A stretch of 64,000 nucleotides of DNA, from positions 98,034-162,033 of the forward strand of contig JANRIS010000050.1 in the NCBI GenBank assembly GCA_033764685.1, given 5' to 3'. This document shows, in pieces, positions 15,136 to 24,361 of the stretch (its first letter is position 1; the number at the start of each line of letters is the position of its first letter). A program made the position numbers and the translations under genes. The notes under the pieces were generated by a model. The model had not been told where the DNA came from and ran no database searches. It was given only the letters and a program-made list of their open reading frames with translations. Source of the stretch: Leptolyngbyaceae cyanobacterium bins.349 (GTDB lineage Bacteria > Cyanobacteriota > Cyanobacteriia > Leptolyngbyales > Leptolyngbyaceae).

Positions 15136-17229
15136 TTGTCCCCCTCAAATCTCTTTTACCGTGTGAATAGTCATCAGCAGCACACTATTCTGATTATTGA
15201 TGATGCATCCCACGATCGCGAGATGTATCGACGTTACTTGAAATCGGACCGCGCACATACCTATTTAATCCTGGAGGAGGAGACGGCAGAAGCCGGATTG
15301 GCAATTTGTCGGTCCCATGCGGTTGATGGTATCTTGCTAGATTTTTTGCTGCCCGACGCCAATGGGCTGGAATTTTTGGAGGCATTAAAAGCCCAGCATC
15401 TGGATGATTGTCCTCCCGTGATTATGATTACTGGTCAGGGCAGTGAGGCGATCGCGGCGAATGCGATCAAATCAGGCGCAGAGGATTACCTGATTAAGCG
15501 GCAAATCACTCCCGAAAATCTTCAGGTTACGATTCAAAATGCGATCAACCATGCCCAACTGCGTCGCCAACTGCAACAAAGCGAAGCCCGCTTCCAAACA
15601 TCAGTGGAAAATATGTTGGACTGCTTCGGCATCTTTTCCGCCATTCGGGCCGAGTCGGGGGAGATTGTTGATTTTCGAGCCGACTACCTCAATGCTGCCG
15701 CTTTGCAGGATCGGCAAGCCACCCTGGGGGATCTGAGCAAAGGGCTACACGACCTGTTCCCGGCCCATCATCACAATGACTCACTGACAGACTGTTGCCG
15801 TGTCGTTGAAACGGGGCAACCCCTGACGAAGGAAGCAGTGATTTGTCAGCAACCGGGGGCTGATTCTGCGATTGCACGAGTTTATGATGTGCGGGTGAGT
15901 AAATTGGGGGATGGGTTCGTAGCCTCCTGGCGAGATGTAACGGCCCGTCAACAGGCAGAACGATCGCGCCAGCAACACATGGAACGCGAGCGCATTATTT
16001 ACCAAATTGCTCAACAAATTCGGCGATCGCTCAATCTGGAAGAGATTTTGCAAACGACAGTGACGGAAGTGCGGCAGTTCTTGAACTGCGATCGGGTCTT
16101 TATTTATCAGTTTCAACCTGACGGTGCAGGGCGGGTGGCCGTGGAAGCAATCATTAATTCCCACCTCTCAATTCTGCCCAAACAACACGACTTATCCTGT
16201 GGAGGGTCTGAGCCGCGATCGCAACCACTGGCCCAAATTCGGGTCATTTCAGACATCGAGAGCCTGCCTGCCACCGATGCCCAGGTGCAGGTGCTCAAAC
16301 AGTTGCAAGTGCGGGCTAACCTGGAAGTGCCGATTTGGCAGGGGGAGGGATTATGGGGCTTATTGATTGCCAACCAATGCGACATTCCGCGCCATTGGGA
16401 TGAGTTAGACGTTGAACTATTGCACCATCTGGCCACTCAGGTCGGAATTGCCATCGATCAGGCTGACCTGTTAGCTCAGGCGGAAGCGGCGCGTCTGGTG
16501 GCGGAAGCAGCCAACCGGGCTAAGGATGAGCTGTTGGCGATGGTGTCCCATGAGTTGCGATCGCCTCTAACGACGGTGTTGGGTTGGGCTAAGGTTTTGC
16601 AAACCTGCACTCTGGAACCGACGCTGGTGCAACAAGCTCTGCAAACGATTGAGCGCAGCACCCAAACCCAGAGCCAACTGATCGAGGACTTGCTCGACGT
16701 GTCGCGGATGATTCATGGCACTCTGCGGCTAGACAGGACGGCGGTCGATTTGGTGAGCGTGATCGAAACGACGATCGCCAACCTCCGGTTGATTGCTGAA
16801 GCCAAGGCGATCGTGCTGGAATCCTACATTTTGGATGCCCCCGTCATCGTGTTGGGAGACTCCCAGCGGTTGCAGCAAGTGGTGACAAATCTCCTCACCA
16901 ATGCCATCAAGTTCACGGCGGAGGGTGGGCGAGTCGAGGTGCAACTTGAGATCGTCAAAACTCAGAGCACAGAAGGGCCGGAGCAAAGCAAGGCCCAAAT
17001 TACGGTGACTGATACAGGCAGGGGCATTGCACCCGACCTCCTCCCTCATATCTTCAAGCGGTTTTTTCAAGCCAATCACGCAACCTCTCCTCGCAAAGAA
17101 GGTTTGGGATTGGGCCTAGCGATCGTCCATCGTTTGGTTGAACTGCACCACGGCGCGATCGTTGCCAGCAGCCCCGGCGAAAACCAGGGCGCAACCTTCA
17201 CTGTGCATTTGCCTTTGTTAAACCATTAG
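15136..17229 (+). CDS. Hybrid sensor: N-terminal receiver, then PAS, GAF, HisKA and HATPase domains
   Basis: 697 aa. Receiver motifs are ILIIDDASHD, ILLDFLLPDANG and MITGQG. The GAF domain has CDRVFIYQF. The H-box is VSHELRSPLTTV. The ATPase has DTGRGI...GLGLGLAIV. The annotated start is TTG, so the start is uncertain. Confidence 0.85.
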   Translation: MSPSNLFYRVNSHQQHTILIIDDASHDREMYRRYLKSDRAHTYLILEEETAEAGLAICRSHAVDGILLDFLLPDANGLEFLEALKAQHLDDCPPVIMITGQGSEAIAANAIKSGAEDYLIKRQITPENLQVTIQNAINHAQLRRQLQQSEARFQTSVENMLDCFGIFSAIRAESGEIVDFRADYLNAAALQDRQATLGDLSKGLHDLFPAHHHNDSLTDCCRVVETGQPLTKEAVICQQPGADSAIARVYDVRVSKLGDGFVASWRDVTARQQAERSRQQHMERERIIYQIAQQIRRSLNLEEILQTTVTEVRQFLNCDRVFIYQFQPDGAGRVAVEAIINSHLSILPKQHDLSCGGSEPRSQPLAQIRVISDIESLPATDAQVQVLKQLQVRANLEVPIWQGEGLWGLLIANQCDIPRHWDELDVELLHHLATQVGIAIDQADLLAQAEAARLVAEAANRAKDELLAMVSHELRSPLTTVLGWAKVLQTCTLEPTLVQQALQTIERSTQTQSQLIEDLLDVSRMIHGTLRLDRTAVDLVSVIETTIANLRLIAEAKAIVLESYILDAPVIVLGDSQRLQQVVTNLLTNAIKFTAEGGRVEVQLEIVKTQSTEGPEQSKAQITVTDTGRGIAPDLLPHIFKRFFQANHATSPRKEGLGLGLAIVHRLVELHHGAIVASSPGENQGATFTVHLPLLNH

Positions 17230-17817
17230 GCCGATCATTCATCCTGGCAGGGGGAGGTGTTCAACGCCATTTTTTACCTGTTGCCGCAAGCTTGCTCAGA
17301 TATTCAAGCTGTACAGCAAAAGTTGGATGAAATGTGAGAAACCTTCAGCAACCGTCAACCAAGGGGTATTCAACACTCTTCCTGCAATTCAGTTTCAGCC
17401 GCGTATTCTGCTTTGCAGAAATAATCTACATAAGTATTAAATTTAGGGTCTTATATCGAATCATTCTGCCTATCTGGTTATATGGGTCTTAGACAGAAAA
17501 ATTCAGCCTATTAATAGTTATACCGCAATTCTTTGATGAGGACAGTTCTGGCAGTTTTTGAATGAGTCTTTGGGGTGCAGAGTGCGATCGCTGTTTAGGT
17601 TGTGGGAATAATAAGCGTGCATGAGTTTTCGATGCCGCAGGACAAGAATCTGTTTGTACCTGCACGCGTGTCCTTGGTGTCAGTTTTAGGTTGAACTTGG
17701 GTGAACGTTTGAAGGGTCGCTGAAGCGTGGTTACCAGAAGTTGCTGGTGGGGTGTTTAAGCTCTGCAACTGGTGATATTGCGGTTAAGTCCACAATAGTC
17801 TACAAGGATCACAACTT

Positions 17818-18576
17818 ATGCCAAAACCTCAAAAAATTCGGCTCTTTAGGGATCAGTTAAGAAACTCATCCATTGCACGAAGACGGTTTTTGAACTGGTT
17901 GTTCTGGGGGACAATTGGAGTCGCTGGAGTAACGGGTTGTGGATTGTCAAGCAAACACAATAGTCGTCAAAGCTCACCGACTGCCAGAGACTCGAACACC
18001 TCACCAGTAGCACCCAATCAGTCTAATTTGGAGAAACTTCTGCAAACACAGCAGTGGGAAGCGGCTGACCGGGAAACATCAAAGCTTATGTGGGAAGTTG
18101 TGCGTCAAAATGAAGAGCCTAATTCACCATATGATTCAGAAAGTTTCAATAGTTTTCCCTGCGATGTGTTGAACGTGATCAACCAACTTTGGGTGAAGCA
18201 TAGCCAGGGTAAATTTGGTTTTAGTGTCCAGGTGAAAGTTTGGCAGGAAGTCGGTAGCCCTCCTACATTGGAAAAAAATAGGTTAGCTGATGCTCCGTGG
18301 GAAGAGTTTGGAAACCGCGTCGGCTGGCGCAAAGAGGGAAGTCCTGTCGTGGATGTCTTTCGTATAGACGGTAATCCCGATTACCCCGAATTGGGATCGA
18401 AGGAAAAACCTTTTTCGGATTATAAGGAGTACGCGGAACTGGAAGCCCGTGGTATTGTCTCCCTTGCATCACCTCAAGGGATCTTACCGTTTGGGGTATT
18501 TCTTTTTGAAGGCATTTTGGAGCGCGAAAGAACCTGTGGAATTATCTTCTCCCGCGTTGCGGTTTGTAGATTGTAG
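17818..18576 (+). CDS. GUN4-domain protein with a Tat-type signal and lipobox
   Basis: The N terminus IARRRFLNWLFWGTIGVAGVTGCG contains an RRxFL twin-arginine motif and a V-T-G-C lipobox. The core FPCDVLNVINQLWVKHSQGKFGFSVQVKVWQEVG is the GUN4 signature. Confidence 0.7.
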   Translation: MPKPQKIRLFRDQLRNSSIARRRFLNWLFWGTIGVAGVTGCGLSSKHNSRQSSPTARDSNTSPVAPNQSNLEKLLQTQQWEAADRETSKLMWEVVRQNEEPNSPYDSESFNSFPCDVLNVINQLWVKHSQGKFGFSVQVKVWQEVGSPPTLEKNRLADAPWEEFGNRVGWRKEGSPVVDVFRIDGNPDYPELGSKEKPFSDYKEYAELEARGIVSLASPQGILPFGVFLFEGILERERTCGIIFSRVAVCRL

Positions 18577-18617
18577 TGCAATTTGCTTAACGACAAACAA
18601 AAAATGGATGGTGTTTT

Positions 18618-19652
18618 ATGCCTCGTAATAAAGCTAACTGTACCGTTCCCAAGTATGAGCCAACTAATATTGGGTTAATTGTTTTGTTTGCTCTAGGAAG
18701 TCTAGTGGTTGGAGGCTTTTGCCTATTAATCATTTTTTCTGTTCCAGATAGCACCAGCAACAGAGATCCTATTACTGATTTTATTGGCAAGTTTTTCATC
18801 GTTGTATTTGCATTTGTCTCACTCAGGATTCTTTTAGATTTGCTAGTAGCACTTGTAAGGTATGGAAGTGATCTTGGAGGTAATTTTAATGGTCAATGCC
18901 CGTATTGTAATGCCAAGGCATCGATCTATGCAGGTTTTAAGAATGCATCTGGTGCGATAGACTGCAACAAGTGCAAAAAAAGAATTGTACTTAAAAATAG
19001 CAGATTTTACCAATTAGATTTGCCAGCTCGATTAGAGGCAAAATTTGCTCCAGTCAAAGAAGGTATTGGATTGGTAAAACAAAGCATTTTAGTCGCTTGT
19101 TTTTTGCCTGTTGCTATTATAGTAGGTCTGTTTTCTGGCATTTTAACCTTTTTTACTCCTTTCTATATGCTTGGCTTTTTTGCTCCGATCGTGCTTTGTG
19201 CTGTAGTTAGTTTGTCAATAAAAGTAAGGGGAGTAGTTCTCTGTTTACAAACTCCCAATCGTGTATCAGGTGAGCAATGGGTTAAGAAAACTGTTTGGCT
19301 AGAGGGTATTGCCATTGCCCTGCTTGCTTTGCAGCTTATTCTAAGAGCTGATTGGTTAGACTTGCCCATCCAGGCTGTAATTTTGGCGGGTCAATTTACT
19401 TTTTTATCTTATTTGATGGTGTTGTCGTCTTTTGTACAACGTTCTGACCTCGCTGGTGAATTTGATGGTCTTCGTTGGCGGCCCGTATTACTTATAGGCA
19501 TACTCTTACTGATGCTGACTTTCACTAAGGTCTTTCAAACTCCAATAGTCGTCGTGCTTGCTATTTTTAGCTTTAATTGTTTACGAAGTTATTTGCATGG
19601 TTTGGATCTGCTCAGGAAACACTTAGAGCAAGCCATAAGTGCCCCATCTTAG
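18618..19652 (+). CDS. Polytopic membrane protein with an embedded CxxC...CxxC zinc-ribbon loop (hypothetical)
   Basis: 344 aa with multiple hydrophobic helices. The loop reads CPYCNAKASIY...IDCNKCKKRIVL. The DNA is AT-rich and lacks HIP1. Confidence 0.5.
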   Translation: MPRNKANCTVPKYEPTNIGLIVLFALGSLVVGGFCLLIIFSVPDSTSNRDPITDFIGKFFIVVFAFVSLRILLDLLVALVRYGSDLGGNFNGQCPYCNAKASIYAGFKNASGAIDCNKCKKRIVLKNSRFYQLDLPARLEAKFAPVKEGIGLVKQSILVACFLPVAIIVGLFSGILTFFTPFYMLGFFAPIVLCAVVSLSIKVRGVVLCLQTPNRVSGEQWVKKTVWLEGIAIALLALQLILRADWLDLPIQAVILAGQFTFLSYLMVLSSFVQRSDLAGEFDGLRWRPVLLIGILLLMLTFTKVFQTPIVVVLAIFSFNCLRSYLHGLDLLRKHLEQAISAPS

Positions 19653-20004
19653 AGTAGGTCAACGGCGCGATGATTGGGGGGAGAGGGTTGAGTTTTGGAA
19701 GGTTTAGGGCTGAGATCGCCCGCAAGATTAATTTTCTTCGTGAGAGCTTGAGTGCAGAGAGATTTTGGGGTAGGGCGCAGCTGCGGTCGAGGCTCTGGGG
19801 GTAATCGGGGGTTGGGGTGCGTTGCAGTCTAACTATCCTGGCTCAACGGACTGACCGAAACCGCTTGTGGGGTTTTCCAGGTTGTTAGCAACCGCTGACC
19901 AGAGCCGTTAGCTGGCTTCGTTTTTGGGCTGGGACGGTACAGCGGGGTTATCGGTTAGGCGTGAATGTTGAACTTGACTCAGAAACACCAGGAGCGCGAT
20001 CGCT

Positions 20005-20202
20005 GTGGCTTCCGTTACGATTGATCTTTCAGAGAGTCAATTCCAAAAGCTACAGAATTTAGCAAGAATACATGGCAATGCGACTGAAGTGCTTTTAGAA
20101 GCAGGCTTAGAGGCTTGGCTAAGTCTACAGAAAGATGATTTTGTTCATGCTGCCGATTATGTAATGGCGAAAAACGCTGAACTATATCGGCGTTTGGGAT
20201 GA
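20005..20202 (+). CDS. Ribbon-helix-helix-type antitoxin (Phd-like partner of Doc)
   Basis: 65 aa with a GTG start. The N terminus VTIDLSESQFQKLQNLA suggests a beta-strand plus helix. The C terminus is ...KNAELYRRLG. Its stop overlaps the ATG of the downstream Doc fragment as ATGA. Confidence 0.55.
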   Translation: MASVTIDLSESQFQKLQNLARIHGNATEVLLEAGLEAWLSLQKDDFVHAADYVMAKNAELYRRLG

Positions 20203-20360
20203 TCCGCTATTTGACGCTAATTGAGGTATTGGAGCTACATCGCAAAATTCTTGAACAATCCAGTGGAGCATTGGGTATCAGAGATATCGGTTTGTTGGAA
20301 TCAGCGATCGCCCAGCCTCGAATGTCGTTTGGCGGAGAGGATCTGTACCCAATGCTTTAA
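20199..20360 (+). pseudogene. Fic/Doc-family toxin truncated after 53 codons
   Basis: Hand translation gives MIRYLTLIEVLELHRKILEQSSGALGIRDIGLLESAIAQPRMSFGGEDLYPML*. This matches the Doc N terminus. The ORF ends before the catalytic H.F..GN.R motif, and no continuation is visible in any frame downstream. Confidence 0.65.
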
Positions 20361-20623
20361 GGAAGATCTTTGCCTATGCCAAGCAATTCTGCAATCAAAA
20401 CTGATGGTTCTTCGATCGCTGCCAAAATCGAGCTACTACGAACAAAAGCTGACGAGGCAATCGAAAAAGTTTGAGGTAATAGGCGAAATAATCGTAGAAA
20501 AGTTTCTCTCATCAAATTAGCGGCAACTTTCTATTCAGCTACAGCAACAATTTTGCTTGGATTGAAAGTGCCCAACTTAGAATCGCAATTTAAGGCGTTG
20601 TTGAATTTAGGTATGAAATCGGT

Positions 20624-20829
20624 GCAGTATGAATCGAAACGAAGTTTCGATGAGTGCATCCCAATTTTGCAGAATTGCCCTCCTCACGCAGTGGGGTAAA
20701 GCCCTCGCCCAACCCCTTCTCCCAAAATAGGAGCAGGGGAGCCAGATTCAAAGTCCCTCTCCCGCTCTGGGAGAGGAATTTAGGGTGAGGGTTACAAAAG
20801 TGGGATGCTCCCGTTTCGATTCATACTGC
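20624..20829. mobile_element. MITE-like element (~206 bp) with imperfect terminal inverted repeats and internal hairpins
   Basis: The left end is gcagtatgaatcgaaacg...gagtgcatcccaattttg. The reverse complement of the right end is gcagtatgaatcgaaacgggagcatcccacttttg (18 bp perfect, then imperfect). An internal hairpin cctctccc-gctct-gggagagg lies at 20756-20776. There is no coding capacity. Confidence 0.65.
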
Positions 20830-20871
20830 TTTTCAGCAACGCCTGAAGATCGCTGCTGCTGCTTAGGAACG

Positions 20872-22362
20872 TTAACTATTCAACTTTTGAGCAACCAGTT
20901 GGTTTGTGAGTTTGGGATCGCAACGCCCGCCGGTTTTTTTCATCATTTGGCCGACAAAGAAGCCCAGCAGTTTGGTTTTACCGTTGCGATATTGTTCCAG
21001 CTCTTTGGGATTTTCAGCTAGAACCTCGTCAATCATGGCGGAAAGTGCAGCTTCGTCGGAAATTTGCCCCAAGCCTTCTCGTTCCACGATCGCTTGGGCT
21101 GATCCACCTTCCATCAGCAATTCCGGCAGGATGGTTTTAGCTGCCGCATTACTAATGGTGCGGTCTTCAATCAGGTTGATCAGTTCAGCTAAACTTTCGG
21201 GTTTGAGCGCCAGATCGGTGATGGTCAGGTTGGCGTTGCTGTTGAGGTAAGCGCTGATGTCGCCCATGATCCAGTTGGCCGCTTGCTTGGCGGGTGCTCC
21301 AGCCGCAAGAACGGCTTCAAAGTATTCCGACATGGCGCGATCGTTGGTCATGACTCGCGCATCGTAGGCCGATAAGCCCAACTCGGATTCGTAGCGTTGC
21401 CGTTTTTGGGCGGGTAGTTCGGGCAGTTGCGATCGCCATTCCTCTAGCTGAGCGGGCGCGACTTCAATGGGTCCCAAATCAGGTTCGGGGAAGTAGCGAT
21501 AATCGCTGGAGCCTTCCTTGACCCGCATACTGATGGTGCGCTGCGACCCTTCTTCCCAGAGGCGGGTTTCTTGAATAATCGGCTCTCCGGCTTCAACTGC
21601 CGCAATTTGGCGTTCAATTTCGTGCTCGATCGCCCGTTGAATGGCGTTAAACGAGTTCATGTTTTTGATTTCCACTTTGACGCCAAATTCCTTCTGCCCG
21701 ACAGGACGTACTGAAATGTTGACATCACAGCGCAGTGAACCCTCCTGCATGTTGCCATCACTCACACCGAGATACCGCAAAATGCGGCGGAGTTCTTGGG
21801 CGTATTCTGCGGCTTCCTGCCCAGTGCGAATGTCGGGTTCGGAGACGATTTCCAGCAAGGGCACGCCCGCCCGGTTGTAGTCCACCAGGGAGTAGGTTGA
21901 TCCGGCTAAGCGATCGCTACCTCCATGCACCAACTTGCCGGCATCTTCTTCCATGTGTAGGCGCGTGATGCCAATTTTCTTCCGGGTGGCGGTGCCTGCT
22001 TCTTTATCAACGAGTTCAATCTCTAACCAGCCATGCTCTGCGATCGGTAGATCATACTGAGAGATCTGATAGTTTTTGGGCAGGTCAGGATAGAAATACT
22101 GCTTGCGATCGAATTTGCTGTAGGGTGCGATCTGACAATTCAGCGCTAAACCTGTTTTAACGGCATACTCCAACACCTTCTGATTCAGCACCGGTAAGGT
22201 ACCGGGTAAGCCCATGCAAACGGGATCAATTAAGGTGTTGGGTGGCTCGCCAAATTTGGTGGAACTGGTCGAGAAGATTTTTGTCGCAGTGTTGAGTTGG
22301 CAGTGAGTTTCTAACCCAATCACTGCTTCATATTGCGTCTTTGCTGGAGCGGATGCTGTCAT
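20872..22362 (-). CDS. gatB: Asp-tRNA(Asn)/Glu-tRNA(Gln) amidotransferase subunit B
   Basis: YEAVIGLETHCQLNT...GLPGTLPVLN...KIGITRLHMEEDAGK... and the C-terminal GatB/YqeY tail identify it. I prefer the start at 22362 (MTASAPAK...). The ORF extension to 22461 is Pro-rich and non-conserved. Confidence 0.92.
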   Translation of the reverse strand: MTASAPAKTQYEAVIGLETHCQLNTATKIFSTSSTKFGEPPNTLIDPVCMGLPGTLPVLNQKVLEYAVKTGLALNCQIAPYSKFDRKQYFYPDLPKNYQISQYDLPIAEHGWLEIELVDKEAGTATRKKIGITRLHMEEDAGKLVHGGSDRLAGSTYSLVDYNRAGVPLLEIVSEPDIRTGQEAAEYAQELRRILRYLGVSDGNMQEGSLRCDVNISVRPVGQKEFGVKVEIKNMNSFNAIQRAIEHEIERQIAAVEAGEPIIQETRLWEEGSQRTISMRVKEGSSDYRYFPEPDLGPIEVAPAQLEEWRSQLPELPAQKRQRYESELGLSAYDARVMTNDRAMSEYFEAVLAAGAPAKQAANWIMGDISAYLNSNANLTITDLALKPESLAELINLIEDRTISNAAAKTILPELLMEGGSAQAIVEREGLGQISDEAALSAMIDEVLAENPKELEQYRNGKTKLLGFFVGQMMKKTGGRCDPKLTNQLVAQKLNS

Positions 22363-22480
22363 GAACTCATCGCCTGAACATCTGGATTCTATTGTAGGGG
22401 AAGTCGGGAAGTGGGGGACAGGGATGTAGGGGAGAGGAGGATGCCTTGCGGCTGCCTCCATCCCCGATGCTCCTATTCCC

Positions 22481-23110
22481 TTACCGTTGGCTGATCTGAT
22501 TGGTTTTGACGGAATTGAGGATCGCTTTGGCTTCCGTCAGCTTTGCTTTGTCTTGGAAGAGGACTCGTACCTGCCAGAGTGTGGCATCCTTGGCGAAGGT
22601 GACGGCTTCCATGTAAAGCGGCCCTTCCTGGGGCAGATTGCACATGAGGGACAGATACCGCCCAGGCATGTTTGCAATCATTTGGGAATTGATCGTGTAC
22701 TCAGGTTTGCAGGCATTTTCCAATCCTTCAGCCACGTCTTCCACTGCACCCTTAGCGGCTCCACTTAGATCAAGCTCGATGTCGGGGCTATAAGTGATGC
22801 GATGGACAATCACAGTCCAATCACTATTCTCACTTTCTGCATTCCAGGATTCGTAGGACACAATTTTCGATCGAGCATCATCGGGAACTTTTCCCATTTC
22901 AGCATCCATCCTTTCGTTTTCACGGAAGGGTAGGGAGGTTGCGAGCGATAACCCTGCAACGGTTTGGGTTTTTCCAGCTTTTTCCCCACTAGCGGTTTTG
23001 GCTTCCGCCCTTTCAACCAGTCCATGATTGGTCGTCTGTTTAAAACATCCAGTACTGGTGATGAGGACTGCACCCAGCAAAACAGTCAAGGCAATGGAGT
23101 AGCGTTTCAT
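22481..23110 (-). CDS. Hypothetical lipoprotein
   Basis: MKRYSIALTVLLGAVLITSTGCF is a signal peptide with a lipobox. The ORF track extends the ORF to 23152. Confidence 0.55.
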   Translation of the reverse strand: MKRYSIALTVLLGAVLITSTGCFKQTTNHGLVERAEAKTASGEKAGKTQTVAGLSLATSLPFRENERMDAEMGKVPDDARSKIVSYESWNAESENSDWTVIVHRITYSPDIELDLSGAAKGAVEDVAEGLENACKPEYTINSQMIANMPGRYLSLMCNLPQEGPLYMEAVTFAKDATLWQVRVLFQDKAKLTEAKAILNSVKTNQISQR

Positions 23111-23804
23111 CGGTGAACTCTGATTCATCGTCGTAGTTGTGTAAAGGATCAAGCAGGATTGCTTGGCCTGTGCAGGTATCAGTTCTGCAACGATGTTTTA
23201 TGCAAGGTGTGCGCGCGATCGCTCGTATTGGCGATCGCCCGCACAATCCGCCGATTTTGCTCCTGATACTGTACAAATGCCGATGTTTGTCGCCTTAGTC
23301 GCAATCACGTTGGAAATGAGCTGGGGTGTACCGTTTTGTAACGAAATATCTACAAAATTTTGTGATTTACGAAATTTCAGGGTGTGGGGTTGTAGAAGGA
23401 AGTGGTCGGCAGCGGAGTGGTCAGCAGAGGAACTGTCACCAAACGTAATAGCAAGGAGCAATTAGAAATGATTTGATCAATTTAGATGAATTAGATGAAA
23501 TGTTGGTTTCCGCTCCAAAGCTTTGCACAGGTTAAAGTTTTTTCACACATTACTAACCTTCTATTCATCATCCGCTCCTGGCGCATTCAGTTGTCCGTTT
23601 GATGTGTCTTCCTTGAGTCAGAGCTAATCCACCGATAGGGTGAGTCGAGCGGATGAGGTGCCTGGTGTTGGGTAAATCGTACAGTGAATTTATCGAAAAC
23701 AAAGTTTGGGGCGATCGCATAATCCTTCAAACTTTCCCAGATAACTTTACAAAGCTTGTTACAGATAGCGAACTATTAATTTTGGGTGGGTTGGAGAAGA
23801 AATC

Positions 23805-24332
23805 ATGCAAAACGTCAATGTATCTCGGTCTAACTGGTCAGTGGTGGTTCGTCGCCTGGGTGCCGCTTTAGCGGGTGCTTCGTTGGCGGTTGGTGCTGTC
23901 GTCGCTGAAATGTTACCTGCTACTGCTGTACCCCAAACCCCCTCTACATCATCTGTCACATTGCCGGATGGGGTGTACTTGTATGGCGAATCTACCCAAC
24001 CCGACGAACTGGGCAAAGGATACTTTGTGTTTGAGTCGAAGCAAGGTCAGGTTGTGGGCGCACTCTATCTGCCCCGTTCCTCCTTCGATTGTGCTGCCGG
24101 AAGTTTTAAGCAGGAGCAACTGGCCTTAACCGTTACCAATAGTTACGATCGCCTGACAAATCCTTTGGAGATTGCCCTTGATCGGACTTCCACCGTTGCT
24201 TCCAGTGGCAATCCAGCTTTGGGTGTGGGGCTGCAAGGCTTCCATAAGTTGGATACTGTCACCGAGAATGACCTCCGGATGCTGAATGTTTGTAAAGATG
24301 ACTTACAAGGTCAAGCGAAGGCTGCTCGATAA
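23805..24332 (+). CDS. Hypothetical secreted protein
   Basis: 175 aa. The N-terminal RRLGAALAGASLAVGAVVAEMLPATA looks like a signal peptide. I recognise no family. Confidence 0.45.
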   Translation: MQNVNVSRSNWSVVVRRLGAALAGASLAVGAVVAEMLPATAVPQTPSTSSVTLPDGVYLYGESTQPDELGKGYFVFESKQGQVVGALYLPRSSFDCAAGSFKQEQLALTVTNSYDRLTNPLEIALDRTSTVASSGNPALGVGLQGFHKLDTVTENDLRMLNVCKDDLQGQAKAAR

Positions 24333-24361
24333 TGGCGCAGCACCAATAAAATCCCCTCTCC

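Noticed and set aside
20221-20520. 99-aa plus-strand ORF
   Set aside because: It reads out of frame through the Doc fragment. The in-frame Doc N terminus starting at 20199 explains this DNA better.
22363-22461. N-terminal extensions of gatB (to 22461), recQ (to 38276) and galE (to 62423)
   Set aside because: The extensions are Pro/Ser-rich or unconserved and fall in repeat tracts. Conserved family N termini begin at the internal Met codons that I used.
23163-23465. Mutually overlapping 100-aa (plus) and 87-aa (minus) ORFs in the intergenic region
   Set aside because: The two exclude each other and have neither motifs nor signal features, so I treated the region as non-coding (see the structured-RNA note).
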